A stretch of DNA of 61,236 nt from Clostridia bacterium (GTDB lineage Bacteria; Bacillota; Clostridia; Christensenellales; UBA1242). The stretch covers positions 1 through 61,236 of the forward strand of contig JAGAKV010000008.1 in assembly GCA_017625505.1 (NCBI GenBank). Direction: 5' to 3'. Of the stretch, positions 25,287-33,876 are shown piece after piece. Below the pieces are notes generated by a model. The model saw only the letters and a program-made list of their open reading frames with translations. It searched no databases and was not told where the DNA came from. Numbering within the stretch: position 1 is the first letter of the stretch; each line of letters starts with the position of its first letter. The translations under genes were made by a program, and so were the position numbers.

Positions 25287-25309
25287 GGGGCATTATATGC
25301 CCCTTTTTT
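25287..25309 (+). terminator. Terminator after rbr
   Basis: GGGGCAT/ATGCCCC stem plus T6. Confidence 0.75.
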
Positions 25310-25533
25310 ATATTTCATTTTCAATATCTTGTTCAAAAAAGAGTTGTGTTTTTATTGCCACTTCATCTTAAAATTGTGTTGTATGTGACTGGTGTGTGCA
25401 TAATTGCCTCCAAATATGTATGTATTCTCGCATATCAACGACATAAAGTCAAGTGTGGACCATAACAAGGCATTATTTAGTTTAGAAAAATCTGCTATTC
25501 ATTTGCACTTTTTGGTGTATTTGTGTAAACGAT

Positions 25534-25558
25534 GAAAAAAATGCACATTTTTGTGCAT
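25534..25558 (-). terminator. Terminator of the 232-aa gene
   Basis: ATGCACA/TGTGCAT stem. U-run on the minus strand. Confidence 0.6.
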
Positions 25559-25562
25559 TGTT

Positions 25563-26261
25563 TTATATTGAGTTTTCAATGTCCTCCCTTTCAAGAAAAA
25601 TGCTGACAGGTTTTATGAGTGCACCTGTATATTTGCAACGCAAACCTCTACAATAGCCTGTTATTATAAGCTGATCGGAACTTGTTCTTGCTGGAGCATC
25701 TGCTATCTCGATAATTCTTTGTCTTTCATCATAGATAAGTCTTTCATCATAGTCGCTCAGCTTTTTTCCACGCTCAACATGGATTTCTTCATATCCTGCT
25801 TCGCGTATCATCTTAGACAGTTGATTTTTTAGCGTTTTTACAAGAGACAGATTCTCTTTTTCTTTTGCTGTCATTGTGTTGTATTTTATGCCCTGGTGTA
25901 TAGCAAAGTCGATACTGTCCAAACACTGACTTATCTTGTCTGCAAATCCATGAGTTTCTTGACGTACATCCAAAAATTTCTGTGTAAGGACACATTTTGG
26001 AAGTGTTTGATGGTTTCCGTAAGTTTGGTTGATTAATCGGATAATAGGCAAAAGCTTTTCAGGATCACCATCCCGGGTGGCAAGGCCCAACAGGTTCTTT
26101 ATGTCCGAACAATAATAATCAATGTCCCATTCTTCAGCAGTTTTGCTCGCGAGCATCTCCTTTGCCTCTTCAAGCAAGTTTTTTGCCTCTCTATATGCGT
26201 TACGGTAATTGTCAATGTATTCAATGATAGTGTTGTGGGTGATGTTTTCGTAGTTTTCCAT
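25563..26261 (-). CDS. Hypothetical protein, helical N-terminus plus a C-terminus faintly resembling the GrpE beta-domain
   Basis: EAGYEEIHVERGKKLSDYDE...ITGYCRGLRCKYTGALIKPVSIFL compared with the GrpE pattern G.e.I...G..FDP..H...GY....R.lRPa.V.V. Confidence 0.55.
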   Translation of the reverse strand: MENYENITHNTIIEYIDNYRNAYREAKNLLEEAKEMLASKTAEEWDIDYYCSDIKNLLGLATRDGDPEKLLPIIRLINQTYGNHQTLPKCVLTQKFLDVRQETHGFADKISQCLDSIDFAIHQGIKYNTMTAKEKENLSLVKTLKNQLSKMIREAGYEEIHVERGKKLSDYDERLIYDERQRIIEIADAPARTSSDQLIITGYCRGLRCKYTGALIKPVSIFLEREDIENSI

Positions 26262-26310
26262 AAAAATATTCTCCTCAAAGTTTATTTGTCCTTGTCAGGA
26301 TATCACACAT

Positions 26311-26339
26311 TTGACAAGATGTCAATAATAAATTATTAT
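26311..26339 (+). promoter_or_regulatory. Promoter of the SPFH operon; its -35 is half of a palindrome shared with the divergent gene
   Basis: TTGACA aga TGTCAA (26311-26325). Spacer of 17 nt to TATTAT (26334-26339). Confidence 0.45.
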
Positions 26340-26402
26340 TTTATTTTGATTTATAAAAAAAATGTTGTAAAATAAAACTAATTACAATAAAAGGAGATAA
26401 TT

Positions 26403-27473
26403 ATGGGATTTTTTAAAAAGCAATTACTTGAAGTGATTGAGTGGACAGATGAAAGCAAAGATATAATTGTTTATCGCTATCCACAACAAAAAAGAGAGGA
26501 GATTATGAACAGCTCAACCCTTGTTGTTCGTCCATCTCAAACTGCAGTATTTGTTCACAAGGGACAAATTGCTGACATTTTTGCGCCTGGCAGCTACAAA
26601 CTGGCAACCGAGAACATTCCTTTCCTTACTAAAATGCTCTCTCTTCCAACAGGGTTTGATTCTCCAATCAAAGCAGAAATTTATTTTATCAATACAAAAC
26701 AATTTACAGGGCTTAAGTGGGGCACTCAAAACCCAATCATGATGAGGGATGCTGATTTTGGCAATGTTCGACTTCGCGGATATGGTTCTTACGCTTTCAA
26801 GGTTGTAAACGTACGTGCGTTCATGGAAGAAGTGTTTGGAACAAATGAGCTTTACAAAGTTTCTGATATTGAAGAGTACAACCGACCTCTTATCATTCAA
26901 GGAATGACTGATGCTCTTGGTGAAGGACAGGTTTCAGCGCTCGATCTTGCTGCAAACTATAAAGAATTTGCAAACAAGATTAAAGAACAGACTAATCCAG
27001 AATTTTTAAAACTTGGAATGAAACTTTCAAGCGTGGTAATTGAAAACATTTCTCTCCCTGAGGAGATTGAGAAAGCGCTTGATGAGCGTACAAGACTTGG
27101 CATGCTTGAAGACCGCGTGGATACTTACACCAAACTTAAAGCAGCTGATGCTCTTGGCGACGCAGCTAAAAACGAGGGGGCAGGGATAAACTTTGCAGGA
27201 ATCGGAGTTGGTATTGGGGCAGGCTCAACGCTTGGTCAAGTGCTCTCTGGTGGCGTAGCAGCTGCTACTGCGCCAGCGCAGCCTCAGCAACAAACTGCGC
27301 CTAAAGGTGGCAAGGTATGTGCAAAATGCGGTGCTCATAATGGCGCTCGGGCAAAGTTCTGCAGTGAGTGCGGAGAGAAAATTGCTGCAAGTGCATTTTG
27401 TCCAAAATGCGGCGCAGAAGTGAAAAAGAACGCAAAATTTTGCAGCGAATGCGGCAAAAAATTGGGTGAGTAA
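26403..27473 (+). CDS. SPFH-domain protein with a C-terminal double zinc ribbon (YdjI/COG4260-like)
   Basis: MGFFKKQLLEVIEWTD... family-typical N-terminus. C-terminus CAKCG..CSECG..CPKCG..CSECG. Confidence 0.8.
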   Translation: MGFFKKQLLEVIEWTDESKDIIVYRYPQQKREEIMNSSTLVVRPSQTAVFVHKGQIADIFAPGSYKLATENIPFLTKMLSLPTGFDSPIKAEIYFINTKQFTGLKWGTQNPIMMRDADFGNVRLRGYGSYAFKVVNVRAFMEEVFGTNELYKVSDIEEYNRPLIIQGMTDALGEGQVSALDLAANYKEFANKIKEQTNPEFLKLGMKLSSVVIENISLPEEIEKALDERTRLGMLEDRVDTYTKLKAADALGDAAKNEGAGINFAGIGVGIGAGSTLGQVLSGGVAAATAPAQPQQQTAPKGGKVCAKCGAHNGARAKFCSECGEKIAASAFCPKCGAEVKKNAKFCSECGKKLGE

Positions 27474-28414
27474 TGGATAAGAGCAATCTATCTGCACACT
27501 CATGCCGCTGTGATGGATGTGGCAGTGATATGATTTATAATCCTGACAGAGGTGCGCTCTATTGTGACTCATGCAAAAAAGCCAAAGCAGTTGTGGCAAA
27601 CAAGGAGTATTCAAAGCATGACCTGCACAATATGAGCCCTGTTGGCGATGCCAATAAAGCATGGGCAGAAGAAAACAAAGCGTTGAAATGCAAAAATTGT
27701 GGTGCAAGTGTTGTGCTGCAGGGCTATCAACTTTCCTGTCATTGTCCCTATTGCAGTAGTGCGCTTGTTGCTGATGAAAAGGTTGTTGTTGGGCATAAAC
27801 CAGATGCGGTTGTACCTTTCAGGTTTGGCAAAGGCAGAGCAGAAGAACTTTTTAAGGCCAAAATTAAAAAGAACTGGTTTGCTCCTAAAAAATTCAAGCA
27901 AAATGTAGCTGCTGACAACATAGAAGCGTACTATTTTCCTGCGTTTGTGTATGATTGCGATTGCAGGTCGACATATAGTGGAGAGCTTTATGAATCGTAC
28001 ACCGTACATCGAAGAGATGGAAGGACAGATACAAGACGTAGATATTTTTATATCAGTGGAAATAGATCGACAAGACATGAAGGTGTAGAAATTGAGGCAA
28101 GTACTAAGCTGGAACAGCATCAGCTCAACTCAGTTCGTCCTTACGATATCAGTCAGGCGGTAGGCTATAGCAATGAATACATTGCGGGTTATCCACTTGA
28201 AACTTATTCGTCTGGAATCAAAGAGACTTTTCAAGTTGCTACAAAAATTATCAAAGATGACATTAGAAGAGAAATTTTAAGCGGCTATCGCTATGATGGA
28301 GTGGTGTCGTTTAACATGCAGACGCAATTTTTCAATGAGAAATATACTTATTGCATCTTGCCAATGTATAGAATCAACTATAAATATAAAAAAAAAATTA
28401 TTCAAATGTTATGA
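27473..28414 (+). CDS. Zinc-ribbon protein (YdjG-like by context), truncated as read; see the A10 frameshift
   Basis: CRCDGCGS...CDSCKK and CKNCGA...CPYCSS ribbons. ATGA-type start overlap with the upstream gene. Confidence 0.7.
   Translation: MDKSNLSAHSCRCDGCGSDMIYNPDRGALYCDSCKKAKAVVANKEYSKHDLHNMSPVGDANKAWAEENKALKCKNCGASVVLQGYQLSCHCPYCSSALVADEKVVVGHKPDAVVPFRFGKGRAEELFKAKIKKNWFAPKKFKQNVAADNIEAYYFPAFVYDCDCRSTYSGELYESYTVHRRDGRTDTRRRYFYISGNRSTRHEGVEIEASTKLEQHQLNSVRPYDISQAVGYSNEYIAGYPLETYSSGIKETFQVATKIIKDDIRREILSGYRYDGVVSFNMQTQFFNEKYTYCILPMYRINYKYKKKIIQML
28388..28397 (+). repeat. A10 homopolymer at the frame break
   Basis: Ten consecutive A residues, read as K-K-K-I in frame 0. Confidence 0.9.
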
Positions 28415-28533
28415 ATGGTCAGACGGGCGCACTTGGAGGGAAAACACCAAAATCAGGGGTGAAAATCACAATGTGCGTGCTGCTTCCTATTCTGTTTATA
28501 CTTGCAATCATTCTTGCAGTAAATCTTATTTAA
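28396..28533 (+). other. -1 frame continuation that encodes the missing C-terminal linker and TM anchor of the zinc-ribbon protein
   Basis: The -1 frame reads NYSNVMNGQTGALGGKTPKSGVKITMCVLLPILFILAIILAVNLI-stop. Its stop lies just before the AAGGAGGAG SD of the next gene. Confidence 0.55.
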
Positions 28534-28548
28534 TTAAGGAGGAGAAAA

Positions 28549-28896
28549 ATGAATATTATTGAGAAGAGAAAAGGGCAACTTAAGGGTTTTGGAATCATTC
28601 TGTTGTTTATCGGGGTGGCGGCACTCGTTGGCGGCATTCTTATGATTGCACTTGGATCGTCAAATCCATGGATGATTATTGGAGGAATTATCGTCGGTGT
28701 TCTTGGCCTTGCTGGAGTAATCGTGGGAATCATATTTACTTGGGTATCAAGTGCGGTTAAGGCAACCCATGGATCAATAGCAGAAGAAAATCTTGCAATT
28801 GGTACGGTAAATATTCATAAGTGCGAAAATTGCGGAGCGCAAGTTGAAGAGGGCGTTCAAATCTGCAAAAAGTGCGAAGAAAACTTAAAACCATAA
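28549..28896 (+). CDS. Small two-TM membrane protein with a C-terminal zinc ribbon
   Basis: Gly-rich TM pair, then CENCGAQ...CKKCE. Strong SD. Confidence 0.7.
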   Translation: MNIIEKRKGQLKGFGIILLFIGVAALVGGILMIALGSSNPWMIIGGIIVGVLGLAGVIVGIIFTWVSSAVKATHGSIAEENLAIGTVNIHKCENCGAQVEEGVQICKKCEENLKP

Positions 28897-28928
28897 CAAA
28901 AAAAGATGCACAGTTGCATCTTTTTTTT
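28897..28928. terminator. Bidirectional terminator
   Basis: AGATGCA/TGCATCT stem flanked by an A-run and a T-run. Confidence 0.75.
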
Positions 28929-28930
28929 GT

Positions 28931-29647
28931 TTATATATGATTTTCTGCTTCGTCGGGGAGTGTAATGCCGCCAAGATATCTATTATTCTCTGGACTGATA
29001 AGTTCGTCATATGAGGAAAGGATAAGGCGATAGTATTGGTCAATATTGTTTATTAATTGAAGAGTGGCAATATAATTTTTGTTTTCCTCTGCAGGCAAGA
29101 TTTGACAACCTTCTTTTTCAATGCAGTGCATATAGTTTTCAAGTGGTTTTAAGTAAAATTTGTTTGAAGGTTGTGTGTACTTGTTTTCTTTTGAATGAAT
29201 GGCAGAAGAAAGATCAATGACATACGTCTTATTGCAAAGAGTTTTTGTGTTGATTGCGTGTCCTACTACAGCTTGATTTGATTGTTTAAAACGGCAAGTT
29301 GTATAGTTGAACAGCCAGCCTTTTCTAGAGTCTAGATAATCAATTAATGTCAAAAGAGAAAAAGCTTGGGCAAGTTGTGCGCACACACCGCGACCTTCCG
29401 TAAGTAAAGTGTAAAGTGCGTTTTCATTATATTCAAAAGTGTCTTGATGCTGTTCTGCCGTTACTTCGCCATAGCGATGATCATCATACGAAAAGTTATT
29501 CACAAAATAGTCGACATATTTGCCTAGACGAGAAAGTTCGTCAACATCTTTAGTTTGGTTGTATAATGCTGTCAAGTAGTTGATAATATATTCTTTCTTT
29601 GTTGATCCCTTTATTGATGTTGTATCGATCTTTTTATTACCATTCAT
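28931..29647 (-). CDS. Transglutaminase-like / papain-fold cysteine protease-like protein (tentative)
   Basis: GRGVCAQLAQAF (Cys), VVGHAINT (His), YVIDLS (Asp) occur in the Cys-His-Asp order. AAGGAGA lies before ATG 29647. Confidence 0.5.
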   Translation of the reverse strand: MNGNKKIDTTSIKGSTKKEYIINYLTALYNQTKDVDELSRLGKYVDYFVNNFSYDDHRYGEVTAEQHQDTFEYNENALYTLLTEGRGVCAQLAQAFSLLTLIDYLDSRKGWLFNYTTCRFKQSNQAVVGHAINTKTLCNKTYVIDLSSAIHSKENKYTQPSNKFYLKPLENYMHCIEKEGCQILPAEENKNYIATLQLINNIDQYYRLILSSYDELISPENNRYLGGITLPDEAENHI

Positions 29648-29691
29648 AGTTTTTCTCCTTTGTAGTTGTTGCAACTGTTTTTTATTATAAT

Positions 29692-30396
29692 TTACAGCTC
29701 AATAATCATCCCTTCTTCGGCTCGTTTATCTTGAAGAAGTGGAAGGTTGTAAACGTCCTCATCGCAATGCGCTGCAAGAAGTTTTTTTGTAGGATATTTA
29801 GTCGTGAGCTGTTTGAAGGTGTCAATCCCCAGATGTTTTGGATTTGTTTTCGTTCGGCTTATGTTCATTATGCAGATATCACACTTTTTGACAAAATCAT
29901 AAAGGGCAGGGACAAGGGTTGTGTCACCAGTATATCCAAACCTTTTGCCGTTTTCTTCGAAATTGTATCCAAAATCAACTACATCCCCATGGTCAAGTTT
30001 GACTGGTGTAATTGTGATGTTATCAAATTTAAAGTTTTTTCCGTCTTCTGCTTCAACGAAGTTTATTTCGTCAGAAAAGTCATGCTTGATAAGATTGCAT
30101 GTTTCAAATACTCGCTCGCACATAGCTTGAATTCCTTTTGGCCCAACTATTGTAGGCTTCTCGCCTTGATTTCCAAGACGATGAATGCGTGTCAGAAAAA
30201 CATTCAATCCATATATGTGGTCGGCGTGAAAGTGGGTGATGAGAAACAATTTTATATCGCTAAGCTTTTTGCCTTCTTTGAAATATGCCTTGTATGCGTC
30301 ACAACCGCAATCCATTAAAATATTTTCATTTATAAGATAGCACGAGGTAAATCGTGGCGTCCAAGAATTAGAACAGCCCAGAACTTTTATTTTCAT
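29692..30396 (-). CDS. Metallo-beta-lactamase-fold hydrolase
   Basis: ITHFHADHIYG motif. Later LDHGD and GYTGDT. Start MKIKVLGC follows an SD. Confidence 0.75.
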   Translation of the reverse strand: MKIKVLGCSNSWTPRFTSCYLINENILMDCGCDAYKAYFKEGKKLSDIKLFLITHFHADHIYGLNVFLTRIHRLGNQGEKPTIVGPKGIQAMCERVFETCNLIKHDFSDEINFVEAEDGKNFKFDNITITPVKLDHGDVVDFGYNFEENGKRFGYTGDTTLVPALYDFVKKCDICIMNISRTKTNPKHLGIDTFKQLTTKYPTKKLLAAHCDEDVYNLPLLQDKRAEEGMIIEL

Positions 30397-30760
30397 ATAT
30401 TCCTTCCTTTGTGTGAGTTTAGTATAGCATAATATGATAAAAAACGCAAGGGATTTGTCTGTGTTTGTTGATGTGAGTTGCAAAGATAAAACGCCAAAGA
30501 AGACAAACAAACAAAAAATTTTAAAAATATTGTTTTTATATGCTTTAATGGCTATACTCCAGTAATAATAAGGTGTAAAGCGATTTTTGGCTTGATTTAC
30601 GTAATTTGATAAAATTGTATTAAAAACGACTTTTCTCCTTTAAAATAAAGGGATATAGCGATTGTATAATAAAAGTTTAAAAAAATCGTAAAAATGTTTG
30701 GAGAATTTTTTTTTATGTGTTATAGTATTCACGAATTGTTTTTTCAAAAGGGGAATGAAA

Positions 30761-31972
30761 ATGGAAAGAAAAGATTTATTTGATAAGGTTTACAAAGAAG
30801 AACATATTTATGACATAGCAAGAGAAAAAGGAGTTTATCCTTATTTTCACCAACTTACTTCTGGACAAGATACAGTTGTAACTATGGAAGGTCGCAGAAC
30901 TATTATGCTTGGCTCAAACAACTACCTTGCACTTACAAATCATCCGGATGTAATCAAAGCAGGTGTTGAAGCTGTTGAGAAGTACGGCAGTGGTATGTCT
31001 GGCTCTAGATTCTTAAATGGAACGCTTGATCTTCACGTGAAACTTGAAGAAGAGCTTGCAGAGTTTTTACACAAAGAAAAGGTTATCACTTTTTCAACTG
31101 GCTTCCAAAGCAATCTTGGAATCATTTCTGCGATTGTTGGCAGAAATGACTATATGATTTGTGACAAGGAAAACCATGCCTCTATTTATGATGGATGCAG
31201 ACTCAGTTATGGAAAAATGCTTCGTTATAATCATAGTGATATGGAGGATCTTGAAAGAAAACTTGCTTCAGTTCCTGAAAACTGCGGAATTTTAATTATT
31301 ACAGACGGCGTGTTCTCAATGGGCGGAGATATCGCAAAACTTCCTGAAATCGTTGCTCTTGCAAAAAAATATGGTGCAAGAATTATGGTTGATGACGCTC
31401 ATGGTCTTGGCGTTGTTGGTGAAGGCGGAAGAGGAACTGCTAGTCACTTTGGGCTTGAAGATGAAGTTGATATTTATATGGGTACATTCTCAAAATCCCT
31501 CGCTTCTCTCGGTGGGTATATGGCTGGAAAGAAAGAGGTTGTTGAATATGTTCAACACGCGTCTCGTCCATTTATTTTCTCTGCGTCAATCACTCCAGCA
31601 TCAGTTTGTTGCGCTAGGGCTGCACTTAAAATTCTCAGAGAACACCCAGAACGTGTTGAAAAGCTTCATGATATCAGTGCATACATGAGAAAATGCTTGA
31701 AAGAGCGCGGCGTAAAAATCATCGAAAGTGATACACCAATTATTCCAATATACGTTTATCAAGACGAGAAAGCATTCCTTGCATGCAAACTCTTGCTTGA
31801 AAGAGGGGTTTATGTAAACCCAGTTATCACCCCAGCTACTCCAGTTGGACAGGCACTTCTGCGTACAAGCTATACTGCAAATCATACAAAAGAGCAATGC
31901 GAAGAAGCTGCCGACAAGATTAAAGAAGTTTTGGATATTCTTGATTCAATGCCAGCAGAAATGTTTAACTAA
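30761..31972 (+). CDS. PLP-dependent alpha-oxoamine synthase family enzyme (Kbl/BioF/serine palmitoyltransferase-like)
   Basis: SGSRFLNGT, DDAHGLGVVG, GTFSKSLASLGGY (PLP lysine). Confidence 0.82.
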   Translation: MERKDLFDKVYKEEHIYDIAREKGVYPYFHQLTSGQDTVVTMEGRRTIMLGSNNYLALTNHPDVIKAGVEAVEKYGSGMSGSRFLNGTLDLHVKLEEELAEFLHKEKVITFSTGFQSNLGIISAIVGRNDYMICDKENHASIYDGCRLSYGKMLRYNHSDMEDLERKLASVPENCGILIITDGVFSMGGDIAKLPEIVALAKKYGARIMVDDAHGLGVVGEGGRGTASHFGLEDEVDIYMGTFSKSLASLGGYMAGKKEVVEYVQHASRPFIFSASITPASVCCARAALKILREHPERVEKLHDISAYMRKCLKERGVKIIESDTPIIPIYVYQDEKAFLACKLLLERGVYVNPVITPATPVGQALLRTSYTANHTKEQCEEAADKIKEVLDILDSMPAEMFN

Positions 31973-31980
31973 AAATCATC

Positions 31981-32005
31981 TCTCCCGATGGGGGAGATTT
32001 TTTTA
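31981..32005 (+). terminator. Terminator
   Basis: TCTCCC/GGGAGA stem plus T7. Confidence 0.65.
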
Positions 32006-32075
32006 GTTGTTAAGTATTTGATATGTTTTCATAAACACTTCTTGGCAAAATTTCTAAGATTTTTATGTTTCCCTC

Positions 32076-32104
32076 TTGAAAAATAAAAAGGCCTGGTGTA
32101 TAAT
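32076..32104 (+). promoter_or_regulatory. Promoter of the ThyX-like gene
   Basis: TTGAAA, 17-nt spacer, TATAAT. Confidence 0.55.
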
Positions 32105-32126
32105 GGTGACAAAAGGGGAGGAAATT

Positions 32127-33668
32127 ATGAATATTCAAATTAAAATGCATAGTGAACTTGACTGCTCGTTGAAACCTGATATGGTGATTATAAAGCAGGC
32201 ATTGGAGGCAATGGAAAAAGACTCTAAATATAATAGAGATCTGCTTAAATGTTTGCGTAATAAAATTAATGAATATAGTGGACATACTTTTCTTGAAGAG
32301 GAATGGACGCAAGCTGTAAAAAACGCATCAACGCCAGAAGAAAAAGAAAAGGCAAAGTTTGAAAAGAAGTGCGCTATTGACAAAACAAATGCTCTTCTTG
32401 ATGATTGCTTTGACCTGGTTTGTATGTTGGGCGGCAAGACGCTATATCGCTATACATATGATCACTATTTCAATCAAATTGTTGCAGGCCTTATGGGAAG
32501 CACATGTTATATGAAAGACACATTTGCCGATCTTGAGAATAAGCGTATTAAAGATATTCGCGTGATTGCAAAGACGGTTGAAAACAATGGTCACCATTCA
32601 ACGTTTGGTCACTCTCATCTCACACTTGAGATTACTGGAATACCAAAACTTCTTGCAATGATTTTGAATAACGAGCAAGAATACAACACAAGCGAAAAGA
32701 GTGCAAGATATACTCAAATGGATGATATCGCTGAAGATGAAAGTGAACTTTTCCACAAGTGGAAAGCTATCTTTGAAAAGGAAATTGCAAGAAGATATGC
32801 CACAAAACAACCATTTTTTGATGCAAAAGGCGTAAAGATAAGCAAACTTGCACAAGAAAATGCAAGATATATGATTTCTTCCTACACGCCAACAAACATG
32901 GTGTATACAACAAGTTTCAGACAATTCAATTACATTTGCCACTGGTTTGAAGATGTGATTGCATCAAATAATCCAAATGAGGTGTACGCTCAGCTGATTC
33001 CATATATGAGCGAGTTTGTTCAGTGGTTTAAGGATAACGGACTGTACGGAGAAAATCTGGCTGACGGCAAAGATCGAAAACTCTCATTCTTTGGCGAGCC
33101 TCTTATCAAAGAGACTAGAAATAGCGATGTGTTTGCGATTAAAAACGAACTGTCAGTTGCAGCCCTTGCACAAAGTCATAGACACAGAACAAATCATCAC
33201 CATATCAGTGAATTTGAATTTTTTAACAGAGAAAGAAAGTACTTTGTGCCTCCAATCATCAAGGGGACGGATCTTGAGCCTCAATGGCTTGCTGACATTA
33301 AGTCAGTTGAAAAGGCCTTCCCGCAAGGGACTCTTCTGCCTGTTGTAGAAAAGGGGACAACGTCAAATTATTTGATGAAAGCAAAAGAGCGTGTTTGCGT
33401 TCTTGCACAAAAGGAAATACGCGACATGACGCAAGAGCAGTGCAAAGAATTTGCAAAAGCGCTTGAAAGTGAAATTCAACAGCTTGATAAAGAGATGTTT
33501 ACAAAAGATCCCGTTATGCTTCAGTTGTTGATGGCAAAGAAAGCAAGCGTTCAAGCGATGCTTGACAAATTTAGCAAGATGTCTAAGACAGCAAGATGTA
33601 CTGCTGGATATCACTGTACAAGCCCATGCAAGTTTGGCGAAGGAGTAAGTCTTACAAGCTTAGTTTAA
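32127..33668 (+). CDS. ThyX-fold (FAD-dependent thymidylate synthase-like) protein, unusually long, signature partly degenerate
   Basis: HHSTFGHSHLTLEITGIPKLLAMILNNEQEYNTSEKSARY aligns with T. maritima [46 protein letters not shown] lies before ATG 32127. Confidence 0.6.
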   Translation: MNIQIKMHSELDCSLKPDMVIIKQALEAMEKDSKYNRDLLKCLRNKINEYSGHTFLEEEWTQAVKNASTPEEKEKAKFEKKCAIDKTNALLDDCFDLVCMLGGKTLYRYTYDHYFNQIVAGLMGSTCYMKDTFADLENKRIKDIRVIAKTVENNGHHSTFGHSHLTLEITGIPKLLAMILNNEQEYNTSEKSARYTQMDDIAEDESELFHKWKAIFEKEIARRYATKQPFFDAKGVKISKLAQENARYMISSYTPTNMVYTTSFRQFNYICHWFEDVIASNNPNEVYAQLIPYMSEFVQWFKDNGLYGENLADGKDRKLSFFGEPLIKETRNSDVFAIKNELSVAALAQSHRHRTNHHHISEFEFFNRERKYFVPPIIKGTDLEPQWLADIKSVEKAFPQGTLLPVVEKGTTSNYLMKAKERVCVLAQKEIRDMTQEQCKEFAKALESEIQQLDKEMFTKDPVMLQLLMAKKASVQAMLDKFSKMSKTARCTAGYHCTSPCKFGEGVSLTSLV

Positions 33669-33673
33669 AATGC

Positions 33674-33707
33674 AAAGAGATGCAAAGGTTGCATCTCTTT
33701 TTTTTTA
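33674..33707 (+). terminator. Terminator
   Basis: AAAGAGATGCAA/TTGCATCTCTTT 12-bp stem plus a T-run. Confidence 0.8.
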
Positions 33708-33797
33708 TTGTTTACGTCGCTTTAGGGGCTTTTATGTGCGCTTTGATAAAGAACAAATATATAAAAATAAAAAAAATATTTTTTTTATGAAAATTGC

Positions 33798-33827
33798 TTG
33801 CTTTTTGTAATAAATATATTGTATAAT
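33798..33827 (+). promoter_or_regulatory. Promoter upstream of the ABC-2 operon leader
   Basis: TTGCTT, 18-nt spacer, TATAAT (33822-33827). Confidence 0.45.
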
Positions 33828-33876
33828 AAACACAATGTCGTTATTTTTGATCAACTAAATATTTTTACTCGCAGGG

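Noticed and set aside
27225-28120. Two long minus-strand ORFs (160 aa and 169 aa) across the SPFH/zinc-ribbon genes
   Set aside because: They lie antisense to genes with strong family motifs (SPFH N-terminus, Cys4 ribbons). Their translations are Cys/His/Leu-rich with no domain pattern. They are probably an artefact of the locally higher GC of the Ala/Gly/Cys-rich region.
29731-30318. 195-aa plus-strand ORF opposite the MBL-fold gene
   Set aside because: The opposite strand carries the HFHADH metallo-beta-lactamase motif and a proper SD and start. This ORF has neither.
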